A DNA stretch of 64,000 bases from Terrimicrobiaceae bacterium (GCA_041752695.1 JBGSVZ010000009.1:1-64000), one strand, 5' to 3'. Positions 1 through 9,754 are shown, counted from the stretch's first letter. Program-made: numbers and translations. Notes: generated by a model from the letters alone, not told the origin.

Positions 1-138
1 CCTTCGCTTGGGCGGCTCGATTCCGTCGCCTCGCGAGGGACTATGAGCGCCTGCCCGAATCCTTGGCAGGACTTCACTGGCTCGCCTTTGCTTTGCTCAT
101 GCTTCCTCATTTCTTTGCAAAAAGTGCCTAACAGGCTC
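1..138 (+). mobile_element. Right end of an IS5-family insertion sequence (transposase C-terminus 3..131 plus terminal repeat ...CTAACAGGCTC)
   Basis: Frame starting at 3 reads FAWAARFRRLARDYERLPESLAGLHWLAFALLML...*, the typical IS5-family (IS1031-like) transposase C-terminus. It is followed by a short terminal sequence and TAG (139-141), the probable target duplication. Confidence 0.85.
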
Positions 139-239
139 TAGAAGCAGGTATGGACGATTACCTCAACAAACCCGTGAAGCTGACACATCTGGCGCGTATG
201 CTGGTCGGGGCCAGCGCGAATCGGGCTGGGACCGATTAA
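138..239 (+). pseudogene. 3' remnant of a receiver-domain (hybrid kinase/response regulator) gene interrupted by the IS
   Basis: Reads LEAGMDDYLNKPVKLTHLARML...*, the conserved C-terminal REC motif (AGMDDYLxKP), with no upstream part in frame. Confidence 0.8.
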
Positions 240-245
240 CCTTCC

Positions 246-587
246 CTAAGGCGCGGCATTGGGTCCGTAGTGGAGCACCGTCACTTCCTCCAGCGTCGCC
301 ATGCCCCCTTTGAGCAGACCCTCCAGGCCCTCCAAAAACGTCTTCATCTTTTTCTCCTCATCCACAATCTCCACCACGACGGGCAGGTCGGTTGAGAGAT
401 TCAGGACCTTGGCCGTATGGATGCGGCTGTGGGCACCAAACCCCATCGGACTGCGAAAAACCGTGGCGCCTGCCAGCCCCGCCTCGCGGGCCTTCACCAC
501 CAGGGCTTCGTAAAGCGGACGGTGTTCCCACATGTCGGATTCTCCGACGTAAATCCGCAGACGCTGACAGTTTTCGGGGAGTTCCAT
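246..587 (-). CDS. DUF190 family (PII-like) protein
   Basis: RLRIYVGESD...GLAGATVFR..GFG..SRIHT..L.LS.DLPVVVEIVD motif; the usual partner of crcB. Confidence 0.9.
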   Translation of the reverse strand: MELPENCQRLRIYVGESDMWEHRPLYEALVVKAREAGLAGATVFRSPMGFGAHSRIHTAKVLNLSTDLPVVVEIVDEEKKMKTFLEGLEGLLKGGMATLEEVTVLHYGPNAAP

Positions 588-590
588 AAA

Positions 591-983
591 TTAAGATTTC
601 AGGGGAAGAATATTGGCAAGAACGATGCCACCGGCGGTGGCCAGCAGACAGAGCACTACGGAAAGAAGGACGTTGCCCGCCGCCCAGAGCCACTGTCCGT
701 CCTGCAGGAGGTTCAGCGTTTGGAGACTAAACGAGGAGAAGGTGGTAAACCCTCCGAGGACACCGACCATAATAAAAACGCGCACCACCTCGGGAACCAT
801 CAACGGACCGTCCGGCCCCGTGAGACCAGCCACGAAACCAATGACAAACGAGCCAATGATGTTAACCGCAAACGTGCCCCAGGGAAATTCCTCACCCACC
901 TTGCCGGCGATCCAGACGGACATGGCAAACCTCGCTGCGCTTCCCAACGCTCCTCCGAGCATGATGGCGGCGTAGAGTTTCAT
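591..983 (-). CDS. crcB: Fluoride efflux channel CrcB/Fluc
   Basis: GGALGS.ARF, FPWGTF.VNIIGSF and GGFTTFSSFS motifs; four hydrophobic segments. Confidence 0.95.
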   Translation of the reverse strand: MKLYAAIMLGGALGSAARFAMSVWIAGKVGEEFPWGTFAVNIIGSFVIGFVAGLTGPDGPLMVPEVVRVFIMVGVLGGFTTFSSFSLQTLNLLQDGQWLWAAGNVLLSVVLCLLATAGGIVLANILPLKS

Positions 984-998
984 GAGGGGAACTTTCTT

Positions 999-1067
999 AC
1001 AGAAGGCAACAAAGAGAACGAAGAAGATTCCCGGGCGGTGCCCTTTGTTTCCTCCGTTATCTTCTGT
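999..1067. repeat. Intergenic imperfect palindrome built of ~9-mer units (ACAGAAGGCAAC...GTTATCTTCTGT)
   Basis: The two arms are imperfect inverted repeats; related to the element at 28037-28211. Confidence 0.65.
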
Positions 1068-1079
1068 GAAAAAAATTTC

Positions 1080-1649
1080 CTACATCCTCGGAATGGTGAT
1101 TCCGGTTTGTTTCATGTATTTGCCGCCGCGGTCCGCATAACTCGTCTCGCAGACATCGTCGGCCAGGAAAAAGACCACTTGGGCAAGGCCCTCGTTGGCA
1201 TAAATCTTGGCGGGCAATGGCGTGGTGTTGGAAATTTCGAGCGTCACGTGTCCCTCCCATTCGGGTTCGAAGGGCGTCACGTTGACAATGATTCCACAAC
1301 GGGCATAGGTGGACTTGCCCACGCAGACGGTCAGCGCCTCCCGGGGGATGCGGAAATACTCGACGCTGCGGGCCAGTGCGAAGGAATTCGGGGGCACGAT
1401 GCAGACATCCGTGTCCATATCGACAAATGATTGCGGGTCGAAATTTTTCGGATCAACCACCGTGTTGAAAATGTTGGTGAAAACCTTGAACTCCCGGGAA
1501 ACGCGCAGGTCATACCCATAGCTGGACAACCCGTAGCTGATGGCCCGCGAGCCATCCTCCAGCGTTTTGATCTGCCCATCCACGAAGGGTTCGATCATTC
1601 CCCGTTCCTTCGCCATGCGGCGAATCCATTTGTCCGAACACACGCTCAT
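1080..1649 (-). CDS. dcd: dCTP deaminase
   Basis: [30 protein letters not shown] motifs. Confidence 0.95.
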   Translation of the reverse strand: MSVCSDKWIRRMAKERGMIEPFVDGQIKTLEDGSRAISYGLSSYGYDLRVSREFKVFTNIFNTVVDPKNFDPQSFVDMDTDVCIVPPNSFALARSVEYFRIPREALTVCVGKSTYARCGIIVNVTPFEPEWEGHVTLEISNTTPLPAKIYANEGLAQVVFFLADDVCETSYADRGGKYMKQTGITIPRM

Positions 1650-1654
1650 GATCT

Positions 1655-1963
1655 CTACATCAGGCCCGGCAGATTCATTCCGCCGGTGACTTTTTTCATC
1701 TCGTCGGCGGCCAGAGCGCGACCATTTTCAATCGCCTGCTTCACTCCGACGAGGACGAGATCCTCCAGCATCTCGACATCCTGCGGGTCAACCACCGAGG
1801 GATCGATTTTGATCGAGAGGACGTCGCCAGCGCCGTTCGCCGTGACAACGATTTTTCCCCCGCCGGCACTCGCTTCGACGGTTTTGTTGGCGAGTTCAGC
1901 CTGGGTGGCGGCCAGCTTGGTCTGCATTTGCTGGGCCTGCTGGAGCATTTTTTGAATGTTCAT
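1655..1963 (-). CDS. ybaB: YbaB/EbfC nucleoid-associated protein
   Basis: QAQQMQ...AGGG...[12 protein letters not shown] motif; directly downstream of dnaX. Confidence 0.95.
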   Translation of the reverse strand: MNIQKMLQQAQQMQTKLAATQAELANKTVEASAGGGKIVVTANGAGDVLSIKIDPSVVDPQDVEMLEDLVLVGVKQAIENGRALAADEMKKVTGGMNLPGLM

Positions 1964-3648
1964 GGGTTGGTAGCTTGGATTTCTCCCGCGAAGATTTCGA
2001 GGGCTTTCTTGATCAGCGGGTCGTTTTTAAATTCCTCCATCGGATCGGCGGCCGGCTCGGGGGCCGCGGGCGGAGGCTCTTCAACGGCGGAGGGGGGCTC
2101 GGGCAGGGACTCCTCGGTCGGAGCCTCGGCCAGACCGGTGCTGATCTCGAGCAAAACACTCACCTTGCGGCCCAGGATCTCCGCCAGTTTGCCTTCGGCG
2201 TCCTTGCGGCCGGCAGTGCCGATGATGGATTTCATCTCGCCTTCATAGGTCGGAGGAAGGTGAATCAGCATCTCCGCATCGCCGTTCATCCGGGCGAAGA
2301 CGCCCTTGGTGAGCCAGCGGTATTTGATGGAAGATTCGTAGGTCGTGGAAACCCGCTCCCAGGCGACCGAGGCATCAACCGCGCGGCTCTCCGTGGAGAC
2401 AGCCGGAGGTAGCGGTTCCACCGGAGGGACGGCGGGAGGCGGAGTGGGCAGGACAGGGGTCGGCACCACCGCAGGCCGGGGAGCTCGTTCCTCCGCCCGG
2501 GGCGAAGGCGCCGGTGGAGGGGGGGCCGGGGGCCGGGAAGGAGTCGGACGCTCGGGCAATGGCCCTCCCCCATGCAGGGCGGTGAGGGTTTCGATCACAT
2601 CGTCCAAGCTGGCCTGTTCCAGGAGGTGGACAGCTTTGATTACGGCAACGTCAAACTGCAATTTTTTATCCGCCGCCCAACGCATGCGGGATTCGGTCTC
2701 GGCAAAATGATCGAGCAGCATGAGCAGTTTTTCCCGCGGCGCGGCGGACACCCCGTCAACTCCGGCAACAAGCAGGTCGCGCACGTGACCAATAAGGTCT
2801 CCCAGCAGCCGCAGGAGATCCTTTCCGGCCTCGGCCTGCTGCGTGATGATGCGCAGACTGGCCGCCGCGTCCCGGGCAAGGATATGGGCCATCAAACTCG
2901 TGATGGTCTCCCGGGAAGTGAATCCGAAGACCGTCATGACGTCCTCGCCCGTGATCGTGTTCCCGCAAAATGCGACCGCCTGGTCGAGCATGCTCTCGGC
3001 GTCACGCAGGCCCCCGTCCGCGCCCCGGGCAATGGCTTCGGCCGCGGAATCCTCCATCGTGATCGCTTCCTTGCCGGCGATGGACTGAAGATGCGCCGCG
3101 ATGGAGGCGGCAGGAATCCGGCGCAGGTCGAAACGCTGGCAGCGGCTGGTGATGGTCGCAGGAACCTTCTGGGCCTCGGTCGTGGCAAAAATGAATTTCA
3201 CATGCGGCGGCGGCTCCTCCAGCGTCTTAAGCAGGGCATTAAAGGCTCCCGCGCTAAGCATGTGGACCTCATCAATGAGGTAGATTTTGTAGGGTCCGCG
3301 GGCCGGGGCGTAGGCGGTGTTTTCCCGCAGTTCGCGAATATTTTCCACGCCGTTGTTGCTGGCACCGTCAATCTCCAGCACGTCGAGACTGCGTCCCTCC
3401 TCAATCTCCTTGCAGGCATCGCAGGTCCCACACGGATGGGCCGTCGGGCCGTTGTTGCAATTCAACGCTTTGGCCAGGATGCGGGCGGTGGAGGTCTTGC
3501 CGATGCCGCGGGGTCCGACAAAAAGATACGCCTGCGACACCCGGCTGGCCGTGATGGCATTTTGTAACGTGCGCGTGATGTGTTCCTGTCCGACAACCTC
3601 GTCAAAGGTCTGGGGGCGGTATTTCCGGGCAAAAACGCGATAGCTCAC
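1960..3648 (-). CDS. dnaX: DNA polymerase III subunit gamma/tau
   Basis: ARKYRPQTF, Walker A GPRGIGKT, zinc module, DEVHML, SRC motif, Pro-rich linker. Confidence 0.97.
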   Translation of the reverse strand: MSYRVFARKYRPQTFDEVVGQEHITRTLQNAITASRVSQAYLFVGPRGIGKTSTARILAKALNCNNGPTAHPCGTCDACKEIEEGRSLDVLEIDGASNNGVENIRELRENTAYAPARGPYKIYLIDEVHMLSAGAFNALLKTLEEPPPHVKFIFATTEAQKVPATITSRCQRFDLRRIPAASIAAHLQSIAGKEAITMEDSAAEAIARGADGGLRDAESMLDQAVAFCGNTITGEDVMTVFGFTSRETITSLMAHILARDAAASLRIITQQAEAGKDLLRLLGDLIGHVRDLLVAGVDGVSAAPREKLLMLLDHFAETESRMRWAADKKLQFDVAVIKAVHLLEQASLDDVIETLTALHGGGPLPERPTPSRPPAPPPPAPSPRAEERAPRPAVVPTPVLPTPPPAVPPVEPLPPAVSTESRAVDASVAWERVSTTYESSIKYRWLTKGVFARMNGDAEMLIHLPPTYEGEMKSIIGTAGRKDAEGKLAEILGRKVSVLLEISTGLAEAPTEESLPEPPSAVEEPPPAAPEPAADPMEEFKNDPLIKKALEIFAGEIQATNP

Positions 3649-4088
3649 CGGGGCAGGATAGGCGGGAAGCGGACGGTGAAAAGCCGGAAGTGTTGGTCAG
3701 AAAAAGTTGCGCAAATTTTCCCGCGCCCCTCACCCACGGCAGGACCGAAAAAAATTCCTCCCCCCCGGCTTTTGCCGTTTCGCTCCCGTGGGGACCAATG
3801 TCGTCAGACCAAGGAAGGCCGCGTTCAGCACGAAGGGGCCCGCGCCATGCCCATCGCGCAATGGATCAAAGCCGATACCAAAACCTTGCGTATTACAGAG
3901 ATGGTATAGGGTTTGCCCTTGCAAGTGGTAATCGCAATAGGCCGGGCTCTCGCGAAAGCAATTCCCGTTTAGCACGTAAAGCTTATGGTGTTCTGTGACA
4001 AAGTCGGCCACCCCCTTTAAAATGGCGGGTTTTTCGCCCTCCTATTCAACCAGTCCATTTGCCACTACCATCTCATTTATTTAGTCGC

Positions 4089-4117
4089 TTGCATAACCGC
4101 CTAATCCCGTGCATATT
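4089..4117 (+). promoter_or_regulatory. Putative sigma70 promoter TTGCAT-N17-CATATT
   Basis: Consensus-like hexamers with 17-nt spacing, ending 12 nt before the ATG at 4130. Confidence 0.4.
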
Positions 4118-4129
4118 CGCTTTTGATAT

Positions 4130-4576
4130 ATGCCACTAAGTAATCTCTCAACAGCAGGCCTCGAAAAACTCATCGCCCTCGTAAAGAAGCGCGAGTCTCT
4201 TCAAGCCGAAATCGCCGCCGTCGAACAACAGTTGTCCGTTGCCCTCGGAGCAACCTCCGCTCCCGTCGCGAAAGCACCCAAAACCCGCAAAGTTCGCGGC
4301 AAAGGTAAAAAAGCCAAAGCCGCTCCCGTCGCCGCGGTTAAGGAAGCGCCGAAAGCCGCTGCCGCCAAGCCCGTCAAAAAAGGCAAGCGGGGCGCCCTTA
4401 AGGAATCCGTCCTCGCCGCCCTTACCGCAGCCGGTCCCGCCGGCATCGCCGTGAAGGATCTTTCCGCTAAACTTGGCGTGAAGAACCAAAACCTCCACGT
4501 TTGGTTCAGCACAACAGGCAAAACCGTCAAAGGCCTGAAAAAGACCAAGTCGGGCACTTGGGCTTACGCCGGTTAA
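4130..4576 (+). CDS. Basic nucleoid-associated/histone-like protein (N-terminal coiled coil, K/A/P-rich linker, C-terminal winged-helix-like region)
   Basis: Very Lys/Ala-rich; own promoter and terminator. Function is inferred from composition. Confidence 0.7.
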   Translation: MPLSNLSTAGLEKLIALVKKRESLQAEIAAVEQQLSVALGATSAPVAKAPKTRKVRGKGKKAKAAPVAAVKEAPKAAAAKPVKKGKRGALKESVLAALTAAGPAGIAVKDLSAKLGVKNQNLHVWFSTTGKTVKGLKKTKSGTWAYAG

Positions 4577-4601
4577 TTGCAAGTTCTATCACCTTAACAC
4601 G

Positions 4602-4632
4602 AAAAAGCCGACCCTCACGGGTCGGCTTTTTT
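4602..4632 (+). terminator. Intrinsic terminator (likely bidirectional)
   Basis: AAAAAGCCGACCC-TCAC-GGGTCGGCTTTTTT. Confidence 0.9.
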
Positions 4633-4814
4633 ATTGGATGACGTCATAGGTCCTCATCCGGAGACATCGCTGCGCACTCATCAGCCGCTTACAAAGCCAT
4701 TCTCACCCTGGTGCCGTTTAGGACATGCCGGCTTCTGGAGATCAATGCCAGTGTTCCGACTCCGCATGGCCGGAGGGACATCGTGAAACAACGGCGAAAA
4801 GTTGCTGCTTAAGC

Positions 4815-5147
4815 GCAACGGGCGAACACATTTATGCCGTGTTCACCAGCCGCAAAGCCCGGGAACGCGAGAACCGCCAGTTTCCTCAGTTTCCCGGCAT
4901 CGACATGCCTCGCGTCCATTGGTATGCCCCTTGCGACCACGTTTTGCGGCCTGAAACCGCCGCAATTCCGCTGTCGTGCCCGGGCGAAGTGAGAACGAAC
5001 TCGCCGCCCTCCGCAAGCGCGGAGACTCCTCCACCGCCACACCTACAGCTTCAGAAACTTTCTCAACTACCGCTTGCGCGTCATTGCTCAGTGCGGTTAA
5101 CCAAAAACCCAACGAATGAACTCATTCCCATTTTTTGGCGGAGAGCC
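4815..5147 (+). mobile_element. Degenerate, internally deleted ISL3-family element
   Basis: Fragments in different frames: KARERENRQFPQFPGID, LATTFCGLK, VVPGRSENELA and HRHTYSFRNFLNYRLRVIAQCG* (ends 5100). Right end ...TTTTTTGGCGGAGAGCC (5147) matches ISL3 GGCTC termini. Left boundary uncertain. Confidence 0.75.
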
Positions 5148-5182
5148 ACCACCATTCTCCGTAGGGTGCAAATAAAAGAAGA

Positions 5183-5255
<73 letters not shown>

Positions 5256-5375
5256 GTTGAAGGGAGGGAGAAGTTACCCGGCACGACCGGGAATGACAAG
5301 CGGTATGGTGGAAAAACATCACATTTTTCCGACGGGCGGACCGGCCCCCGGACATCGACATTTGGCCGCGAAAAG

Positions 5376-5411
5376 AAAAAAGCCGGACTGGTGACCAGTC
5401 CGGCTTTTTTT
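5376..5411 (-). terminator. Intrinsic terminator downstream of the outer-membrane protein gene
   Basis: AAAAAAGCCGGACTGG-TGA-CCAGTCCGGCTTTTTTT. Confidence 0.9.
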
Positions 5412-5434
5412 AGATTTTGATCGGTTTTTCCGAA

Positions 5435-5962
5435 TTAGAAGGCGATACGGAGACCGCTGCGGAGGTTGGCCACGTTGCCGGTGCCACCGTAGTAGTAACG
5501 ACCGTCGGCAAAGATGCCGATGTTGTCGGTGAAGCGGTATTCAAGACCACCACCCACGTTGCCGAAGCCGGTGCCGTGTCCGTCCCAGGTTCCACCGCCA
5601 CCAACCATCACGTAAGGAGCGAGGTTGAGCGAGCAGATCGGGTAGCGGATGAAGAAGTTACCGGCAATCGGGAGCCACTGGCCATTGTTGCCAGAGTAGA
5701 CCGAGCCTTCGTAACCAACACCGAAGTATTTGGCGAAGAAGTAGTTGATGCCGATACCGCCGCCGGAACCGGTTTCGAAATAGGTGCCCTTGCCACCGAA
5801 GAAGCCGGTGTAGAAGACATCCACTTGGAACTCCGTGTCGCGGAAACGGCAGGTTTCCGTGACGACGACGTCTTTGGTTTCTTTAAAGGACTTTCCGTCA
5901 CCGGCGAAGGACGCCGACAAGGAGAGGCCCACGAGAACTGCAGAGAGAATCAGTTTTTTCAT
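5435..5962 (-). CDS. Small outer-membrane beta-barrel protein
   Basis: Signal peptide MKKLILSAVLVGLSLSASFA; amphipathic strands (PYVMVGGG, GGGLEYRF); C-terminal Phe (GLRIAF). Confidence 0.85.
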   Translation of the reverse strand: MKKLILSAVLVGLSLSASFAGDGKSFKETKDVVVTETCRFRDTEFQVDVFYTGFFGGKGTYFETGSGGGIGINYFFAKYFGVGYEGSVYSGNNGQWLPIAGNFFIRYPICSLNLAPYVMVGGGGTWDGHGTGFGNVGGGLEYRFTDNIGIFADGRYYYGGTGNVANLRSGLRIAF

Positions 5963-6042
5963 AGGATTAAGGTAGGTTGAGCACACGTCTTATGCGGCGG
6001 AGGGTTGGCGATGTCAATGGGAAAGGGGCCCTGATGCCACGG

Positions 6043-6756
6043 TCAGGGGAAACGTGGAAGAGGCGGGGTAATCATGCCGTCATAGAGCGCTTTGCCGATA
6101 ATCGCCCCGTGCAGACCGGACATGGCCGCCAACTTGTGCAGATCCTCCACGCAGGAAACCCCCCCGCTGGCGATGAGGTTGCAGTCGAGAATATCCAGGA
6201 GTTCCTGCATGGCCTGATAGTTCGGTCCCTGCAGCATGCCATCGGTGGCAATATCGGTGTAGATGATCGTCCCCGCGCCGGCCTCCTGCACGGCGAGGGC
6301 GAGGTCGAGGGCTGGTTTGGGGGTGGTTTCGGTCCAGCCCTTCACCGCGACAAACCCATCCTTGGCATCAATGCCAATGGCGACACGCTGACCTCCGAAT
6401 TCGGCGCACATTTCCCGCACGTATTCGATGGACTCCGCGGCCTTGGTGCCGAGGATGACGCGGCTGACCCCGGCGGAGAAGGCCGCGCTGACATTTTGAA
6501 AATTCCGCATCCCCCCGCCCAGTTCGCACGGAATATTCACTGCGGCGCAAATGCGTTCGATGAAGGCGAGATTTTTCGGTTCCCCGCCGAAGGCGGCATC
6601 GAGGTCCACGATATGCAGCCAGTCGGCGCCGGCGTCCTCCCACTTTTTGGCGAAGGCCACCGGGTCGCTGGAATAGACGGTTTTTTCGGAAGCAAGGCCG
6701 CGCTTGAGGCGCACGACTTCGCCACCCATGAGGTCAATGGCAGGCAGGAGGAGCAT
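6043..6756 (-). CDS. hisA: ProFAR isomerase HisA
   Basis: LLPAIDL.GG.VVRL..G, LHIVDLDAA, YTDIATDGML.GPN, ASGGV, IIGKALY. Confidence 0.95.
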   Translation of the reverse strand: MLLLPAIDLMGGEVVRLKRGLASEKTVYSSDPVAFAKKWEDAGADWLHIVDLDAAFGGEPKNLAFIERICAAVNIPCELGGGMRNFQNVSAAFSAGVSRVILGTKAAESIEYVREMCAEFGGQRVAIGIDAKDGFVAVKGWTETTPKPALDLALAVQEAGAGTIIYTDIATDGMLQGPNYQAMQELLDILDCNLIASGGVSCVEDLHKLAAMSGLHGAIIGKALYDGMITPPLPRFP

Positions 6757-6765
6757 GGTGGAAGA

Positions 6766-6803
6766 AAATGCTGAAATTCTAAAAAGCGGAAATGCTGAAA
6801 GCT
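6766..6803. repeat. Degenerate 8-mer tandem repeat (AAATGCTG-like) between hisH and hisA
   Basis: AAATGCTG AAATTCTA AAAAGCGG AAATGCTG AAAGCT. Confidence 0.6.
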
Positions 6804-6805
6804 GG

Positions 6806-7462
6806 CTAGGCCAGGGTGGCGAGGAAGTTGCGGAGGAGACCGAGGCCGGTGGCCTGGCTTTTTTCGGGGTGAAATTGCGTGGCGTGCAGCGAACCGGAGC
6901 TGATGCTGGCGGCAAAGTTTTCCCCGTAGGCACAGGTCGCGCTGACGGCCGCAGGGTCGGCTGGAACGGGGTAAAAGGAATGCACGAAATAGAAGGAGGG
7001 AGCCTCGGTCAGACCCTCGTAGAGCGGGCCGCGGGCGTCATCCAGAGTGTTCCACCCCATGTGCGGGACCTTGAGATGGCCGGAGGGAAATCGCACCACC
7101 TGGCCGGGAATGACCCCCAGGCCTTCCACGCCGGGCGATTCTTCGCTGGCCTCGAAAAGCAATTGGTAACCCAGGCAGATCCCCAGGTAGGGCCGTCCGG
7201 CGTGCAGCCAGTCTTTCAGCGGGTCCCAAAGCCCCGTCTTTCGGAGATTGCGCGCGCAGTCGCCGAAAGACCCCACGCCGGGCACGACCAGGGCATCAAG
7301 CCATTCGAGTTGGTCGGTGGAAGTGACCAGCGGGACACGGGCCCCGGCCGCCTCGAGGGCTTTACAGACGCTGCGGAGATTGCCGCTGCCGTAGTCCACG
7401 ACGCCGACCCTGGGGGGCCGGAGATCGGAGATCGGAGATGGAAGACCGGCGGGAGAAGGCAT
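6806..7462 (-). CDS. hisH: Imidazole glycerol phosphate synthase glutaminase subunit
   Basis: VVDYGSGNL.SV, PGVG.F, GICLGYQ, VPHMGWN, YFVHSF, QFHPEKS. Confidence 0.95.
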   Translation of the reverse strand: MPSPAGLPSPISDLRPPRVGVVDYGSGNLRSVCKALEAAGARVPLVTSTDQLEWLDALVVPGVGSFGDCARNLRKTGLWDPLKDWLHAGRPYLGICLGYQLLFEASEESPGVEGLGVIPGQVVRFPSGHLKVPHMGWNTLDDARGPLYEGLTEAPSFYFVHSFYPVPADPAAVSATCAYGENFAASISSGSLHATQFHPEKSQATGLGLLRNFLATLA

Positions 7463-7464
7463 GG

Positions 7465-8055
7465 CTAGAGCACGCCCTTGGTGCTCGGTACGCCTTCGAC
7501 GCGGGGGTCGATCTGGGTGGCAGCATCCAGGGCGCGGGCCAGAGCTTTAAACACGCCTTCGGCCATGTGGTGCGCGTCGCGCCCGGCCAGAATGTCCACG
7601 TGAAGGTTCATCCCGCCGTTCACCGCGAGGGCGCGGAGGAATTCCTCCACGAGCTGAAAGGAAAAATTACCCCCGATGGCTTCCACGTTGGAAGGCGCGT
7701 TGTAGGCGAGAAACGGGCGTCCGCTGAGATCAACCACGACGCGCACCAACGCCTCGTCCATCGGGACGTAGGCGAAACCGTAGCGGCGGATACCTTTTTT
7801 GTCCCCCAGGGCCTTGGTGAGGGCGAGGCCAAGGGTGATGCCGGCATCCTCGACCGTGTGGTGGAAATCCACTTCAATGTCCCCCTGGGCATCGAGTTCG
7901 AGATCGAACAAACCATGCCGGGAGAAGAGCGTGAGCATGTGATCAAAAAACGGCACACCGCTGCGCACGGCGGAGGTGCCTTTGCCGTCAACGGCCAGGC
8001 GGGTCTTGATGCGGGTTTCGCTTGTGTTGCGCTCGATGAAAGCTTCGCGGGACAT
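7465..8055 (-). CDS. hisB: Imidazoleglycerol-phosphate dehydratase
   Basis: [32 protein letters not shown]. Confidence 0.96.
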   Translation of the reverse strand: MSREAFIERNTSETRIKTRLAVDGKGTSAVRSGVPFFDHMLTLFSRHGLFDLELDAQGDIEVDFHHTVEDAGITLGLALTKALGDKKGIRRYGFAYVPMDEALVRVVVDLSGRPFLAYNAPSNVEAIGGNFSFQLVEEFLRALAVNGGMNLHVDILAGRDAHHMAEGVFKALARALDAATQIDPRVEGVPSTKGVL

Positions 8056-8093
8056 GGAAAAGAAACTCTCTCACGCGGCGGCGCGCAGTTGAA

Positions 8094-8870
8094 TCACAAT
8101 TTTTTCGCCGCAAACTCCGCACGGCAGAGGGCCACCGCTTTTTCCAGCACGGCGACCTGCGCGGACACCCGGTCGTCGAGGGAGAATTCCGAAGGCGTTT
8201 CCACGGTGAAAACCCGGTTGCAGTGGGCGAAAGACAAAACGAACGCTTCGGGCCAGGTCGGCATGAGGCCGGGTTTGATGGACTTTCGGACAATGCCGCC
8301 TCGGGCAGAGCGGCCCTCGATTTTGGGGCGTTTCTCCACGGGCAAATGCCGGCTCACCACGCGGGTGAGGTGTTCGCCCCAGTAAGGTTTCGGACCCGGC
8401 ACCTCGTAAAGGTAAAACCCGAGCGCGTCGTAGTCCTCGTGCAGCGTCAGGGCCAGATCGAAGCGCCGGGTTCCCAACAGCTTTTTGTGGGCGGCGACTT
8501 GTGGCACGGTTTCCTCGTGAAAGGCGCGGTTCAGATCGCGGCCGTCGGGGTCCAGCCGACTGTTGGAGACCAGTCCCCAGGGATTCAGACAGGGGAAAAT
8601 GAGCAGATTCCAATCGCGCAGCCGCTCCGGCTTTTTTTCCGCCCAGCAGATCAGGCCTTCCGTGGCCGCCGCTTCATCACCGTGGATGCCGGCCGAGATA
8701 TAGAGCGAAGGGGCCGCATTTTTTCGCACCCCTTCCAGGGCATACAGCGTGTATCCGCCCGCTTCCGCGAAGGGGATTACCTTCAGCCCTCCCGCCCTGG
8801 CCACCTTCCGCCAGCGGCGGATGAGGTTCTTGTAATCGTGCGCGCGGTCGTGCCGCAGGGGACGCGGCAT
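8094..8870 (-). CDS. M14-like zinc deacylase (succinylglutamate desuccinylase/aspartoacylase family)
   Basis: ISAGIHGDE, NPWG, DLNR, LHED, terminal ETP motifs. Confidence 0.85.
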   Translation of the reverse strand: MPRPLRHDRAHDYKNLIRRWRKVARAGGLKVIPFAEAGGYTLYALEGVRKNAAPSLYISAGIHGDEAAATEGLICWAEKKPERLRDWNLLIFPCLNPWGLVSNSRLDPDGRDLNRAFHEETVPQVAAHKKLLGTRRFDLALTLHEDYDALGFYLYEVPGPKPYWGEHLTRVVSRHLPVEKRPKIEGRSARGGIVRKSIKPGLMPTWPEAFVLSFAHCNRVFTVETPSEFSLDDRVSAQVAVLEKAVALCRAEFAAKKL

Positions 8871-8872
8871 GG

Positions 8873-9754
8873 TCAGTCGAGGAGGCGCTTCGTGATGTCG
8901 GAGTACGCGTCGATCCGGCGATCGCGCAGAAAAGGCCAGTGGGTGCGCTGGGTATCGACGGTGTCGAGGTCGATCTCCTGAACAATCACCTCCTCCTGGT
9001 CCACGGAGGCCCGCTGCAGGACGATGCCGGAGGGGTCACAGATGAAACTCTGCCCCCAGAATTCGATGCCGTCCCCGCCGTCCGGCGCTTCGTGGCCTAC
9101 CCTGTTGGGGGCGGCGACGTAGCAGCCGTTGGCAATGGCATGGCCGCGCTGCACGGTCTCCCACGAGGAATGATGCCGCTCGCCGTATTGGGCTTTTTCG
9201 CTCGGATGCCAGCCGATGGCGGTGGGATAAAAAATGATCTGCGCCCCGGACATGGCCGTGAGGCGTGCCGCCTCGGGATACCATTGATCCCAGCAGACGC
9301 AAACGCCGATGCGGGCAAACTTGGTGTCCCACGCCTTGAACCCCAGGTCGCCGGGGGTGAAATAGAATTTCTCGTAAAAAAGCGGGTCGTCCGGAATGTG
9401 CATCTTCCGGTATTTCCCGAGATAGGACCCATCCGCATCAATGATCGCCGCCGTGTTGTGATAAACCCCGGGCGCCCGGCGCTCGAACAACGAGGCGATA
9501 AGCACGACGCCGAGTTCCTTCGCGAGGGCCTGCATTTTTTCCGTGGTCGGTCCCGGAATGGTCTCGCCGAGTTGGAAATATTTGTGGTCCTCGACCTGGC
9601 AGAAATACACCGCGGTGAAAAGCTCCTGCAGACAGATGATCTGCGCCCCCCGGCCGGCGGCCTCCCGCACGCCGCGTTCGGCGGCAGCCAGATTGGCTGC
9701 GAGGTCCGTGGTGCAGCGGTTCTGCACGAGCCCGATGTTTACCTTTTTGCTCAT
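8873..9754 (-). CDS. Carbon-nitrogen hydrolase, N-carbamoylputrescine amidase-like
   Basis: LQELF, YRKMHIPDDP.FYEKFYFTPGD, CWDQWYPE (E-K-C triad), WPFLRDRR. Confidence 0.9.
   Translation of the reverse strand: MSKKVNIGLVQNRCTTDLAANLAAAERGVREAAGRGAQIICLQELFTAVYFCQVEDHKYFQLGETIPGPTTEKMQALAKELGVVLIASLFERRAPGVYHNTAAIIDADGSYLGKYRKMHIPDDPLFYEKFYFTPGDLGFKAWDTKFARIGVCVCWDQWYPEAARLTAMSGAQIIFYPTAIGWHPSEKAQYGERHHSSWETVQRGHAIANGCYVAAPNRVGHEAPDGGDGIEFWGQSFICDPSGIVLQRASVDQEEVIVQEIDLDTVDTQRTHWPFLRDRRIDAYSDITKRLLD

Noticed and set aside
984..1079. Fluoride riboswitch ahead of crcB
   Set aside because: No GATGG...CTGATG consensus seen; the space holds a palindromic repeat.
1960..3648. Programmed frameshift in dnaX
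   Set aside because: No A-AAA-AAG or long A-run slippery site was noticed in the linker region.
3650..4080. SRP RNA or other ncRNA upstream of dnaX
   Set aside because: Only a weak GTCAGACCAAGGAAGG resemblance, without the conserved SRP helix; an Rfam scan would be needed.
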